DNA of 36,280 nt, taken from contig JAZNUG010000077.1 in the NCBI GenBank assembly GCA_045592165.1, positions 1 to 36,280 on the forward strand. The letters are read 5' to 3'. Source of the DNA: Clostridia bacterium. GTDB taxonomy: Bacteria; Bacillota; Clostridia; Christensenellales; CAG-138. Position numbers and translations under genes: made by a program. Below the pieces are notes generated by a model that was given only the letters and a program-made list of their open reading frames with translations, was not told the origin of the DNA and searched no databases. This document shows, piece after piece, positions 9,457-17,090 of the stretch (positions are counted from its first letter, which is position 1; each line of letters begins with the position of its first letter).

Positions 9457-9551
9457 AGGCATATAAAAGGGCGGTTTTGCTTGTGGGAATCGGAGCATTG
9501 TGATAGTATAATCAATGGCGTTTGATTAATTGCAATCATGAAAGAAGGAAA

Positions 9552-10799
9552 ATGATGAAGCTTAGTATTAAAAAGCCCTATTACGGCTGGGTTATAGTAG
9601 CTCTGGGTATATTGATAATGGCGGCTTCGGTGGGCATAGTTAATAACTGCACATCCCTGTATATCGTACCCATATGCGAAGAAATGGGATACTCCAGAAA
9701 AGCCGTATCCATGCTGAATACCCTTATTTCCGTGGGCAGTATGGTAGTGTCCGCCGTCTCTGCGGAGCTTTATCATCATTTTCCCATAAGGCGGACCATG
9801 CAGGTATCCGCGGTTGTAATAAGCGCAGGATACTTTATGTTTTCATTGGCCAATAAGTTATGGCAGTTTTATGTGATCTGCATAGTGGTGGCATGTGCAT
9901 TGTGGCTGCTGGCATACATACCCTTTGCGGTAATTCTCAGCAACTGGTTTCATAAGCGTACGGGTTTTGTGATCGGCCTTACATACATGGGTACAGGCGT
10001 GGGCGGCATGATTTTCAGCCCCATCATAGGCTCCCTTATTGCAAATGCTGGTTGGCGGCAGGCTATGGTTACGATGGCGATAGTCATGGCCGTAATACAT
10101 ATACCCTGCACATTTTTCCTCAGGGACAAGCCCGAGGATATGGGTCTCAGGCCCTATGGAGAAGAGGAGGAAAAGGAGCAGGTTGAGCACAGGGATACTC
10201 TGCCCGGAATACCCTTTGCCGTTGGTAAGCATGGTGCAAAGTTTATAGTCATGGCGGTGGCGGTATCTGTAATTTGCTTTGCGAATATTGGCTTCTGCAC
10301 CAACCTTCCTGCCCATATGTCAGACAGGGGATATTCTATCGAACAGGCCTCGCGCCTGATGTCCGCAACCATGGCATCCCTTGCGGTGGGCAAGATTTCC
10401 CTCGGCTGGATATACGATAAATTCGGCAGTAAGCTTGCCACTGGCCTTTCCGGATTGATGCTGGCGGCCTGTCCCATTGCGGGCGTATTTCTGCCCGGAG
10501 TGGCCCCTGTTGTGTGCATAGTGGTGTGCTTCTCCCTTGGCATGGCCTTCGGCTCCGTGGGTATTCCCATCGTAGCAAGGGAAGCCTTCGGCCTCAGAGA
10601 TTTTGACAGATACAACGGCGCACTGAATGCCATAACCGGCGTTTTTTCTGCGGCGGCTCCGGTGTTCAGCGGCGTCGTCTATGACGCCGCCGGAAGCTAT
10701 GTTCCCGCGTTTCTTGTTTATGCGGCAGCGACAGTTATATTCACCGCGTCGCTTATACTATGCCTTGGCAGGAAGAGCGAAGGATATCATACAGCGTAA
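9552..10799 (+). CDS. MFS transporter (OFA/MCT-like)
   Basis: About 12 TM helices, YYGWVIV, WFHKRTG, PEDMGLRPYG, GWIYDKFG. SD AGAAGGA. Confidence 0.9.
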   Translation: MMKLSIKKPYYGWVIVALGILIMAASVGIVNNCTSLYIVPICEEMGYSRKAVSMLNTLISVGSMVVSAVSAELYHHFPIRRTMQVSAVVISAGYFMFSLANKLWQFYVICIVVACALWLLAYIPFAVILSNWFHKRTGFVIGLTYMGTGVGGMIFSPIIGSLIANAGWRQAMVTMAIVMAVIHIPCTFFLRDKPEDMGLRPYGEEEEKEQVEHRDTLPGIPFAVGKHGAKFIVMAVAVSVICFANIGFCTNLPAHMSDRGYSIEQASRLMSATMASLAVGKISLGWIYDKFGSKLATGLSGLMLAACPIAGVFLPGVAPVVCIVVCFSLGMAFGSVGIPIVAREAFGLRDFDRYNGALNAITGVFSAAAPVFSGVVYDAAGSYVPAFLVYAAATVIFTASLILCLGRKSEGYHTA

Positions 10800-10805
10800 T
10801 CAAGT

Positions 10806-10837
10806 AAAAACAGCAGGGTGTTTGCCCTGCTGTTTCT
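10806..10837. terminator. Bidirectional intrinsic terminator
   Basis: AAAAACAGCAGGG...CCCTGCTGTTT between convergent genes. Confidence 0.85.
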
Positions 10838-10853
10838 GTATATATAGGTATTA

Positions 10854-11969
10854 TTATATAAGCTTGCGGTAAATGGCTGCCATGGTGGCAATGTCAAACT
10901 TTACATAGCTCTGATTGAGCAGGCGCTGCTGAAGCTCCTCCACGTCCTTTGCAAAGCTGTCTGCCTCAGGGTCGGTCATGCCATAGGCGCTGAGGGGCTT
11001 GCGGGGAATGATGCGGTCCAGCAGGCTCTCGAGGGCATCGTAGACCTCATTGGCATCGCAGCCCAGTTCCTTGGCGATGAGGGCTTCAAGGGTAAGTATC
11101 TTGCCTTCCGGCCGCTGACGGCGGTACTCCTTGAATACGGCGGTAAAGAATTGATAGTTTGCCTCGCCGTGGGTAACGTGATATTTGCCGCTCAGGGGGT
11201 AGGACATGGCGTGTACTGCGCCGGTGCCTGCGTTGGCAAAGGCTATGCCCGCCATGTTGCTGGCCATCAGGAAGTCTGAAAGCAACGCCATGCGGGTGCT
11301 TTCGCCTTCTTCAAGGACTCTGGTAAAGCCGCTGATGATAAGCCTTATAGCCTCAAGGCTGAACAGCTCGGTATAGGGGCTGGCCTTGGGGGAAAGATAG
11401 GATTCTGCGGCGTGAATAAGGGCGTCTATTGCACTGGTGGCGAATACTTCATAGGGCATTTCCTCAAGAAGCTCGGGTATAAGCACTGCACAGTCGGGGA
11501 ATATGGCTTCGTCTGCAAGGCCCAGCTTTGTGCTGCGGCTGGTAATGGAGGTTATGGATACACTGGATACTTCGCTGCCTGCGCCGCAGGTGGTGGGTAC
11601 GGCGATAAGCTCATGCTCCTTTACGATGGGTACTTTGCGCATGAAGATATCCTCGGTGCATTCCGCATCTTTGAGCACAAGAACCTTTGCCATATCTATT
11701 ACTCCGCCGCCGCCGACGGCGATTATGCGGCCGCATCCGCTTTGCTTATAGTCCTTTATCAGGGCATCCATCATTATATCGGTGGGCTCGCCTGTGCCGT
11801 ATTTGGATTTGAACTCCACATGACAGTCGAGATTAAGGCAGGCAAAGTACTTTTCATATACCCTGCGGCTGATGAGCATAAAGTCATTTGCGTTAATCCG
11901 GAATTCCCCGGCAAACTCCCCGGCGTTATTAAAGCTTTTTACGGCGGTCTTCTGGCGGAAAAGCTGCAT
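10854..11969 (-). CDS. Iron-containing alcohol dehydrogenase, probably 4-hydroxybutyrate dehydrogenase
   Basis: GGGGVID, PTTCGAGSE, DALIHAAE, HAMSYPL, HGEANY. Length and C-terminal QQRLL resemble clostridial 4-HB dehydrogenases. SD AGGAGG. Confidence 0.8.
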   Translation of the reverse strand: MQLFRQKTAVKSFNNAGEFAGEFRINANDFMLISRRVYEKYFACLNLDCHVEFKSKYGTGEPTDIMMDALIKDYKQSGCGRIIAVGGGGVIDMAKVLVLKDAECTEDIFMRKVPIVKEHELIAVPTTCGAGSEVSSVSITSITSRSTKLGLADEAIFPDCAVLIPELLEEMPYEVFATSAIDALIHAAESYLSPKASPYTELFSLEAIRLIISGFTRVLEEGESTRMALLSDFLMASNMAGIAFANAGTGAVHAMSYPLSGKYHVTHGEANYQFFTAVFKEYRRQRPEGKILTLEALIAKELGCDANEVYDALESLLDRIIPRKPLSAYGMTDPEADSFAKDVEELQQRLLNQSYVKFDIATMAAIYRKLI

Positions 11970-12003
11970 GTGTATATCCTCCTGTATGCTGTGTTATAAG
12001 GTT

Positions 12004-12032
12004 ATCATACAACAAATACATGCTTAATTCAA
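12004..12032 (-). promoter_or_regulatory. sigmaA promoter of the Fe-ADH gene
   Basis: TTGAAT-17 bp-TATGAT on the minus strand. Confidence 0.6.
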
Positions 12033-12060
12033 TTTGATTCATGCGGATATTTACACATAT

Positions 12061-12089
12061 AAAACGTCCCTGCACCTATTGCGGGGACG
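12061..12089 (-). terminator. Intrinsic terminator of the KdpE-like gene
   Basis: Minus strand CGTCCCCGCA-ATAGG-TGCAGGGACG-TTTT. Confidence 0.7.
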
Positions 12090-12104
12090 CTGTCTGTGAA
12101 GTTA

Positions 12105-12809
12105 TCAGTTGTCATAATGGTCTATCATGCGGTAGCCTACGCCGGTTTCGGTAATTATAAACTGGGGATCGGCAGGATTGGCTTCTATCTTGCGGCGTAT
12201 ATTTGCCATGTTTACGCGCAGTATCTGGTTGTTCACCGTGGGACGGGCACCCCACACGCTGCGTATGATGAAATCGTAGGTAAGTACCTTGCCGAGGTGC
12301 AGCATGGTAAGCATGACTATTTTGTATTCTATCTGGGTAAGATGGATTTCCTTGTTGTCCACGTATACCCTGCGCTTGTCGTAGTCGATGGTGAGTGCGC
12401 CGTTTACCGCCCTGCCGGTGGGTGTATCCGGGCCGGCCACACTTGCATGGCGCAGTGCGATCCGGATTCGTGCCAGCAGCTCAGCGGTACCGAAGGGCTT
12501 GGTGACATAGTCGTCTGCGCCCAGGTCCAGAGCTTCCACTTTGTCCTTTTCCCTGTTTCGGGCAGACAGGACGATAATCGGCACTTTGGACCACTGGCGT
12601 ACATTGCGGATGATATCTATGCCGTCCATGTCGCTCAGTCCCAGATCCAGCAGCACCACATCGGGACAGTGGGAGGATATGGATGAAATGGCTCCACGGC
12701 CTGTGCCCACAGAAATCACTTTGTAGTCATTTGCGCTGAGTATAGTGGTGAGCAGATGTACGATGGCATTATCATCTTCTACCACCAGCACGATTGGAAG
12801 GTTTTTCAT
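12105..12809 (-). CDS. KdpE-like OmpR-family response regulator
   Basis: VEDD, LLDLGLSDMDG, IVLSAR, VEALDLGADDYVTKPFG, LRVNMANIRRKIE, TETGVGY. SD GGAGG before ATG 12809. Confidence 0.9.
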   Translation of the reverse strand: MKNLPIVLVVEDDNAIVHLLTTILSANDYKVISVGTGRGAISSISSHCPDVVLLDLGLSDMDGIDIIRNVRQWSKVPIIVLSARNREKDKVEALDLGADDYVTKPFGTAELLARIRIALRHASVAGPDTPTGRAVNGALTIDYDKRRVYVDNKEIHLTQIEYKIVMLTMLHLGKVLTYDFIIRSVWGARPTVNNQILRVNMANIRRKIEANPADPQFIITETGVGYRMIDHYDN

Positions 12810-12914
12810 TGAAGCCTCCATATAGCTTTCTATGCGATATATTATGAAATATGTATAACAATTTTATTATATAGGTTCATAGATATTGAGTGGAAGAAGA
12901 AAACGTATATTTGG

Positions 12915-12951
12915 CGTAAAGAAATGTTAAAACGTGTTAAGAAAAGATAAA
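12915..12951. promoter_or_regulatory. Four phased direct repeats (10-11 bp period), putative response-regulator binding array
   Basis: CGTAA/GTTAA/GTTAA/GATAA at 12915, 12926, 12936 and 12946, between the divergent regulator and kinase genes. Confidence 0.5.
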
Positions 12952-13065
12952 TGCATATTGCGGATATATATAAATTACCGCAGAATTGTTGCAGATGCTG
13001 TAAAAGCACGGCAAATATTTAATGAAAATGAAAATGCTCCGCTGCGATGGGTATTTTGGATGTGA

Positions 13066-13076
13066 TGTGATATAAT
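13066..13076 (+). promoter_or_regulatory. Extended -10 promoter (TGTGnTATAAT), probable leaderless start for the kinase
   Basis: TATAAT ends at 13076. ATG at 13083 lies 6 nt later and has no SD. Confidence 0.6.
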
Positions 13077-13082
13077 CAGGCC

Positions 13083-14156
13083 ATGAGAAAAGACATTGTG
13101 AAAACATTAAAGAGAATAAAACATTTTCGGGTGGAAGTCCTGCCTATGGTGTATACCATACTTATTATGACAGTCGCCACTCTGATTAGTTTTGTTCTGC
13201 ATAAATTTTTTATCATGAACAATAATGTATCCATGATATATGCTTTAGCGGTAGTAGTGGTGGCCTGCGTTGTGCCCAATTATTTTTACGGCGTTATTGC
13301 CTCCCTCATAAGTGTAATAGGCGTTAACTATTTCTTTACAGCTCCTTTCTGGGCTCTCAATTTCACCATGACCGGGTATCCTATAACATTCCTTATAATG
13401 TTGATTACTTCCATAATTACCAACACTCTTGTTATAGGTTACAGAGAGCGTCATAAGGCGGTTGTGGAAGCGGATAAGGAAAAGCTCAGAGGCAACCTGC
13501 TCAGGGCTATTTCTCATGATCTGCGTACTCCGCTTACCACCATTTCCGGATCCAGCGCCGCCCTTCTTGAGGATCATGGCAGAATAAGCAGCGAGGACAG
13601 CAAAGCTCTCCTTACCGATATCCACGATAATGCCCAGTGGCTTATCCGCATGGTGGAAAACCTCCTGTCTGTAACCCGCATGCAAAGCGGTGTATCCGCT
13701 GTAAAGAAAGTGCCCGAGCTTGCGGAAGAGGTAGTGGCCAATGCGGTATCTCAGGTGCGCAAGCGCTTCCCCGGAAGGAGCATCTCCATTGCCGTGGAGG
13801 ATGATCCGCGCGATGTGCCGATGGACGGTACACTGATAGTTCAGGTTATAATCAACCTCATCGAAAACGCCATATTCCACAGCGGCAGTATGGATATCAT
13901 ACATGTATCCGCCAGCATAGGGGAAACAGAGGCGCTGTTCAATGTAAGGGATCATGGCTGCGGCGTGGATATTCAGCGTATAGAAAAACTTATAGCAGGA
14001 CATATAGACTCTGCCAATACAGGGGACAGTTCCAGAGGTATGGGCATAGGCCTTTCTCTGTGCTCCGCAATAATAAAAGCCCATGGAGGAAGGTTCTGGG
14101 CCTGTAACGGGGAGGACGGAGGAGCGGTGTTCAGCTTTGCGCTGCCGTTGGAGTGA
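13083..14156 (+). CDS. Short KdpD-like sensor histidine kinase (4-TM DUF4118-type domain, HisKA, HATPase)
   Basis: Four TM helices with NYFFTAP, LLRAISHDLRTPL, NLIENA, DHGCG, GMGIGLSLC. Lacks the KdpD N-terminal, Usp and GAF regions. Confidence 0.88.
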   Translation: MRKDIVKTLKRIKHFRVEVLPMVYTILIMTVATLISFVLHKFFIMNNNVSMIYALAVVVVACVVPNYFYGVIASLISVIGVNYFFTAPFWALNFTMTGYPITFLIMLITSIITNTLVIGYRERHKAVVEADKEKLRGNLLRAISHDLRTPLTTISGSSAALLEDHGRISSEDSKALLTDIHDNAQWLIRMVENLLSVTRMQSGVSAVKKVPELAEEVVANAVSQVRKRFPGRSISIAVEDDPRDVPMDGTLIVQVIINLIENAIFHSGSMDIIHVSASIGETEALFNVRDHGCGVDIQRIEKLIAGHIDSANTGDSSRGMGIGLSLCSAIIKAHGGRFWACNGEDGGAVFSFALPLE

Positions 14157-14186
14157 AATATACAAACTGTTTTTTGCTGATCCATC

Positions 14187-14215
14187 TTGACTCAGGCTTT
14201 ACTGTATGATAAAAT
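14187..14215 (+). promoter_or_regulatory. sigmaA promoter of the pyr operon
   Basis: TTGACT-17 bp-TAAAAT with TATG extension. Predicted +1 at about 14221-14223. Confidence 0.85.
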
Positions 14216-14248
14216 ATCGAAGATTTGAGCCTAAAAGGAGGAAACGCC

Positions 14249-14326
14249 ATGAAGCAGTATACGGCAAACAGAAAAATGCTTGATATCTGCGGCGTGGTAT
14301 TCTCTTCTACGGTATTTATTTTTTAA
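14249..14326 (+). CDS. Putative pyr operon leader peptide, 25 aa (MKQYTANRKMLDICGVVFSSTVFIF)
   Basis: Perfect SD AAGGAGG at 14235-14241, 7 nt before the ATG. The 3' half is U-rich and the stop codon overlaps the terminator stem. Too short for the ORF track. Confidence 0.7.
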   Translation: MKQYTANRKMLDICGVVFSSTVFIF

Positions 14327-14357
14327 ATCTTTCCATTTTATTTGGAAAGATTTTTTT
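14325..14357 (+). terminator. Attenuator terminator upstream of pyrB
   Basis: AAATCTTTCCA-TTTTATT-TGGAAAGATTT, then a T run to 14357. Lies between the promoter and the pyrB SD. Confidence 0.8.
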
Positions 14358-14391
14358 ATAACTTTTATTTGACATGCGAAAGGAGAAACCA

Positions 14392-15321
14392 ATGCTTAAA
14401 GGAAGAAGTATTCTTGAACCCATGGACATGACCGTTGCCGAACTCGAGGAGATTTTCGATCTGGCTGACGCCATTATCGACAACCCCGAAAAGTTTGCCC
14501 ATGCTTGCGACGGCAAGCTGCTGGCCACTCTCTTCTATGAACCCAGCACCCGTACCCGCTTCAGCTTTGAGGCTGCCATGCTGCGTCTGGGCGGCAAGGT
14601 AATCGGCTTCTCCGAGCCCAATTCCAGCTCCGTTGCAAAGGGCGAAAGCATTGCCGATACTATCCGCACCATCGCCTGCTATGCCGATGTTGCCGTAATG
14701 CGTCATCCCAAGGAGGGTGCTCCCCGTATCGCCGCAAACAGCACCGATATGCCGGTTATCAATGCAGGCGACGGCGGTCATCAGCATCCCACCCAGACCC
14801 TTACCGACCTTCTGACCATCCGCCGCCGCAAGGGTGGCTTCACCAACCTTAAGATCGGCCTCTGCGGCGACCTTAAGTTCGGCCGTACCGTACATTCCCT
14901 CATCAAGGCCATGTCCCGCTATGAGGGCGTTGAGTTTATCATGATCTCCCCTGAAGAGCTGCGTATTCCCGAATACGTACGCAAGGGCGTTCTGGAAGCC
15001 AACAACATTCCTTACCGCGAGGTAAAGAAGATGAAGGAAGTTATGCCTGAGCTGGTCGTTCTGTATATGACCCGCGTACAGCGTGAGCGCTTCTTCAATG
15101 AGGAAGATTACATCCGTCTGAAGGACCGCTACATCCTGGATCTCGAGAAGATCGAGAATGCCAAGGAAGACCTGATGATTCTCCATCCCCTGCCCCGCGT
15201 AAACGAGATCGCCGTAGAAGTGGACGATGATCCCCGTGCCCTGTATTTTGAGCAGGCCAAGAACGGTATGTTTGTCCGCATGGCTCTCATCATGAAGCTG
15301 CTGGGTATCGAAGTACAGTAA
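14392..15321 (+). CDS. pyrB: Aspartate carbamoyltransferase catalytic chain
   Basis: [63 protein letters not shown] before ATG 14392. Confidence 0.97.
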   Translation: MLKGRSILEPMDMTVAELEEIFDLADAIIDNPEKFAHACDGKLLATLFYEPSTRTRFSFEAAMLRLGGKVIGFSEPNSSSVAKGESIADTIRTIACYADVAVMRHPKEGAPRIAANSTDMPVINAGDGGHQHPTQTLTDLLTIRRRKGGFTNLKIGLCGDLKFGRTVHSLIKAMSRYEGVEFIMISPEELRIPEYVRKGVLEANNIPYREVKKMKEVMPELVVLYMTRVQRERFFNEEDYIRLKDRYILDLEKIENAKEDLMILHPLPRVNEIAVEVDDDPRALYFEQAKNGMFVRMALIMKLLGIEVQ

Positions 15322-15335
15322 AGGAGGCATAAACC

Positions 15336-15764
15336 ATGATAGTAAACAGCATTGAAAAGGGCATCGTAATCGACCATATCACTGCAGGCACCGGCCACAG
15401 GATACTGGATTTCCTCAATATCGACACCAAGAACAACACCGTGGCCTTCATCATGAACGCCTACAGCAAGAAGCACGGCCGCAAGGATCTGATCAAGATC
15501 GAAAACGTAACCGACGTTGACCTGACTGTACTGGGCCTGCTGGATCCCACCGCCACCGTAAACGTAATCGAAAACGGTCAGATCGTACGCAAGATCAGCC
15601 TTGAGCTGCCTGAGACCGTTGTGGACGTTATCAAGTGCAAGAACCCCCGCTGCGTTACCAGCGTAGAGCGTAATGCACACCACATCTTCCATCTTATGAA
15701 CGCCGAGACCCACGAGTATCGCTGCGAATACTGCGACGATATCGTAAACATGAAGGGCGAATAA
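15336..15764 (+). CDS. pyrI: Aspartate carbamoyltransferase regulatory chain
   Basis: GIVIDHI, KDLIKIE, ATVNVIENG, and zinc ligands CKNPRC and CEYC. Confidence 0.95.
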   Translation: MIVNSIEKGIVIDHITAGTGHRILDFLNIDTKNNTVAFIMNAYSKKHGRKDLIKIENVTDVDLTVLGLLDPTATVNVIENGQIVRKISLELPETVVDVIKCKNPRCVTSVERNAHHIFHLMNAETHEYRCEYCDDIVNMKGE

Positions 15765-15774
15765 TGTAACTTTC

Positions 15775-15816
15775 GGGCTTGCTTCCCTGGGAAATACCGT
15801 AAAGAGAAGCAAGCCC
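15775..15816 (+). other. Intercistronic stem-loop between pyrI and pyrC
   Basis: 11-bp perfect stem GGGCTTGCTTC/GAAGCAAGCCC, with no proper U-tract. Confidence 0.7.
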
Positions 15817-15842
15817 TTAACCTATACGAAAGGAGCCGGTCA

Positions 15843-17069
15843 ATGAATATTTGCATAGCAGGAGGAAGGCTTGTGGATCCCACCATGGGGCTGGACAAGC
15901 TGGGAGATATTTACTTTAAGGATGGCATTATCGCCGCAATACGTGCAGAAGGCTTTGAACAGGGAAATATCCCCGAGGGTGAAACACGGCGCATAGAGGT
16001 TAACGGAGCCCTTGTTGTGCCCGGCCTCATTGATCTCCATGTGCATTTCAGAGACCCCGGTTTCTGCTATAAGGAAGACATGACCACGGGCTGTGCATCT
16101 GCAGCGGCAGGCGGCTTTACCACAGTATGCATGATGCCCAACCTTAAGCCCATAACCGATACCCCGGAGCTTGTGGCAGAGCTTGCCAAGCGTTCTGAGG
16201 GCATCCGTGCCCTGCCTGTCGGCTCAATCACCATGGGCCAGAAGGGCGTGGAAATAACCGATGCAGCCGGAATGAAGGCGTCGGGCGCCTGCGCGATCAG
16301 CGAAGACGGACGCTCTGTAATGGATGCGGCTGTGATGTACAGGGCAATGGAAGCGGCGGCAAAGGCGGATATGCCTGTGTTTGACCATACCGAGGACGAT
16401 TCTCTTGCAGGAACAGCAGCAGGTGAGGCTGTTATCGCCGTAAGGGATATGCTTTTTGCAAAGGAAACCGGATGCAGGCTGCATCTTTGCCATATCAGCT
16501 GCGGGCTGTGCCTGGATGCCATAAGGGCGGCAAAGGCAAACGGCCTTGATGTTACCTCCGAAACAGGCCCCCATTACTTTGTGTTTGATAAATCCCGCGC
16601 TACCCACGGTCACTTTAAAATGAACCCTCCCCTCAGAACCAGGGAAGATGTTGCGGCTGTAATAGAGGCTATCAAGGACGGCACCCTTGATGTTATCGCC
16701 ACAGATCATGCCCCCCACAGCGCCGAAGAAAAACTTTGCGGCTATGATAAGGCAATGAATGGCATAATCGGCCTTGAAACCTCCTTCCCGGTAAGCTATA
16801 CTGCCCTTGTAAGGGGTGGTCATATAGACCTTGATAAGCTTATCCGCCTTATGAGCTGCAATGCTGCTGCTATCCTTCGGGATGACATGAGGGGCACCCT
16901 TAAAGTGGGCGCTGCGGCAGATGCAGCGGTGTTTGATATCGACACTCCTTACGTTATAAATCCTGCCGCATTTAAGTCAAAGGGACGCAATACTCCCTTT
17001 GAAGGTATGGAAGTATACGGCAGGACGCTGCTTACCATTTGCGGCGGCAATATAGTTTACATGGCATAA
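15843..17069 (+). CDS. pyrC: Dihydroorotase (class I)
   Basis: PGLIDLHVHFRDPG, GGFTT, MPN, KMNPPLR, ATDHAPH, SKGRNTPF. Confidence 0.95.
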   Translation: MNICIAGGRLVDPTMGLDKLGDIYFKDGIIAAIRAEGFEQGNIPEGETRRIEVNGALVVPGLIDLHVHFRDPGFCYKEDMTTGCASAAAGGFTTVCMMPNLKPITDTPELVAELAKRSEGIRALPVGSITMGQKGVEITDAAGMKASGACAISEDGRSVMDAAVMYRAMEAAAKADMPVFDHTEDDSLAGTAAGEAVIAVRDMLFAKETGCRLHLCHISCGLCLDAIRAAKANGLDVTSETGPHYFVFDKSRATHGHFKMNPPLRTREDVAAVIEAIKDGTLDVIATDHAPHSAEEKLCGYDKAMNGIIGLETSFPVSYTALVRGGHIDLDKLIRLMSCNAAAILRDDMRGTLKVGAAADAAVFDIDTPYVINPAAFKSKGRNTPFEGMEVYGRTLLTICGGNIVYMA

Positions 17070-17090
17070 ATACAGAAAGGAACCGCAGAC

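Noticed and set aside
14249-14326. Leader ORF as an amino-acid-sensing attenuator or type I toxin
   Set aside because: It has no run of a single regulatory codon relevant to the pathway. The hydrophobic tail follows from U-rich codons, and I see no antisense promoter/terminator pair. Not formally excluded.
15336-15764. pyrI in a Firmicute as a novelty
   Set aside because: pyrBI pairs are already known in clostridia. The leader is the unusual part.
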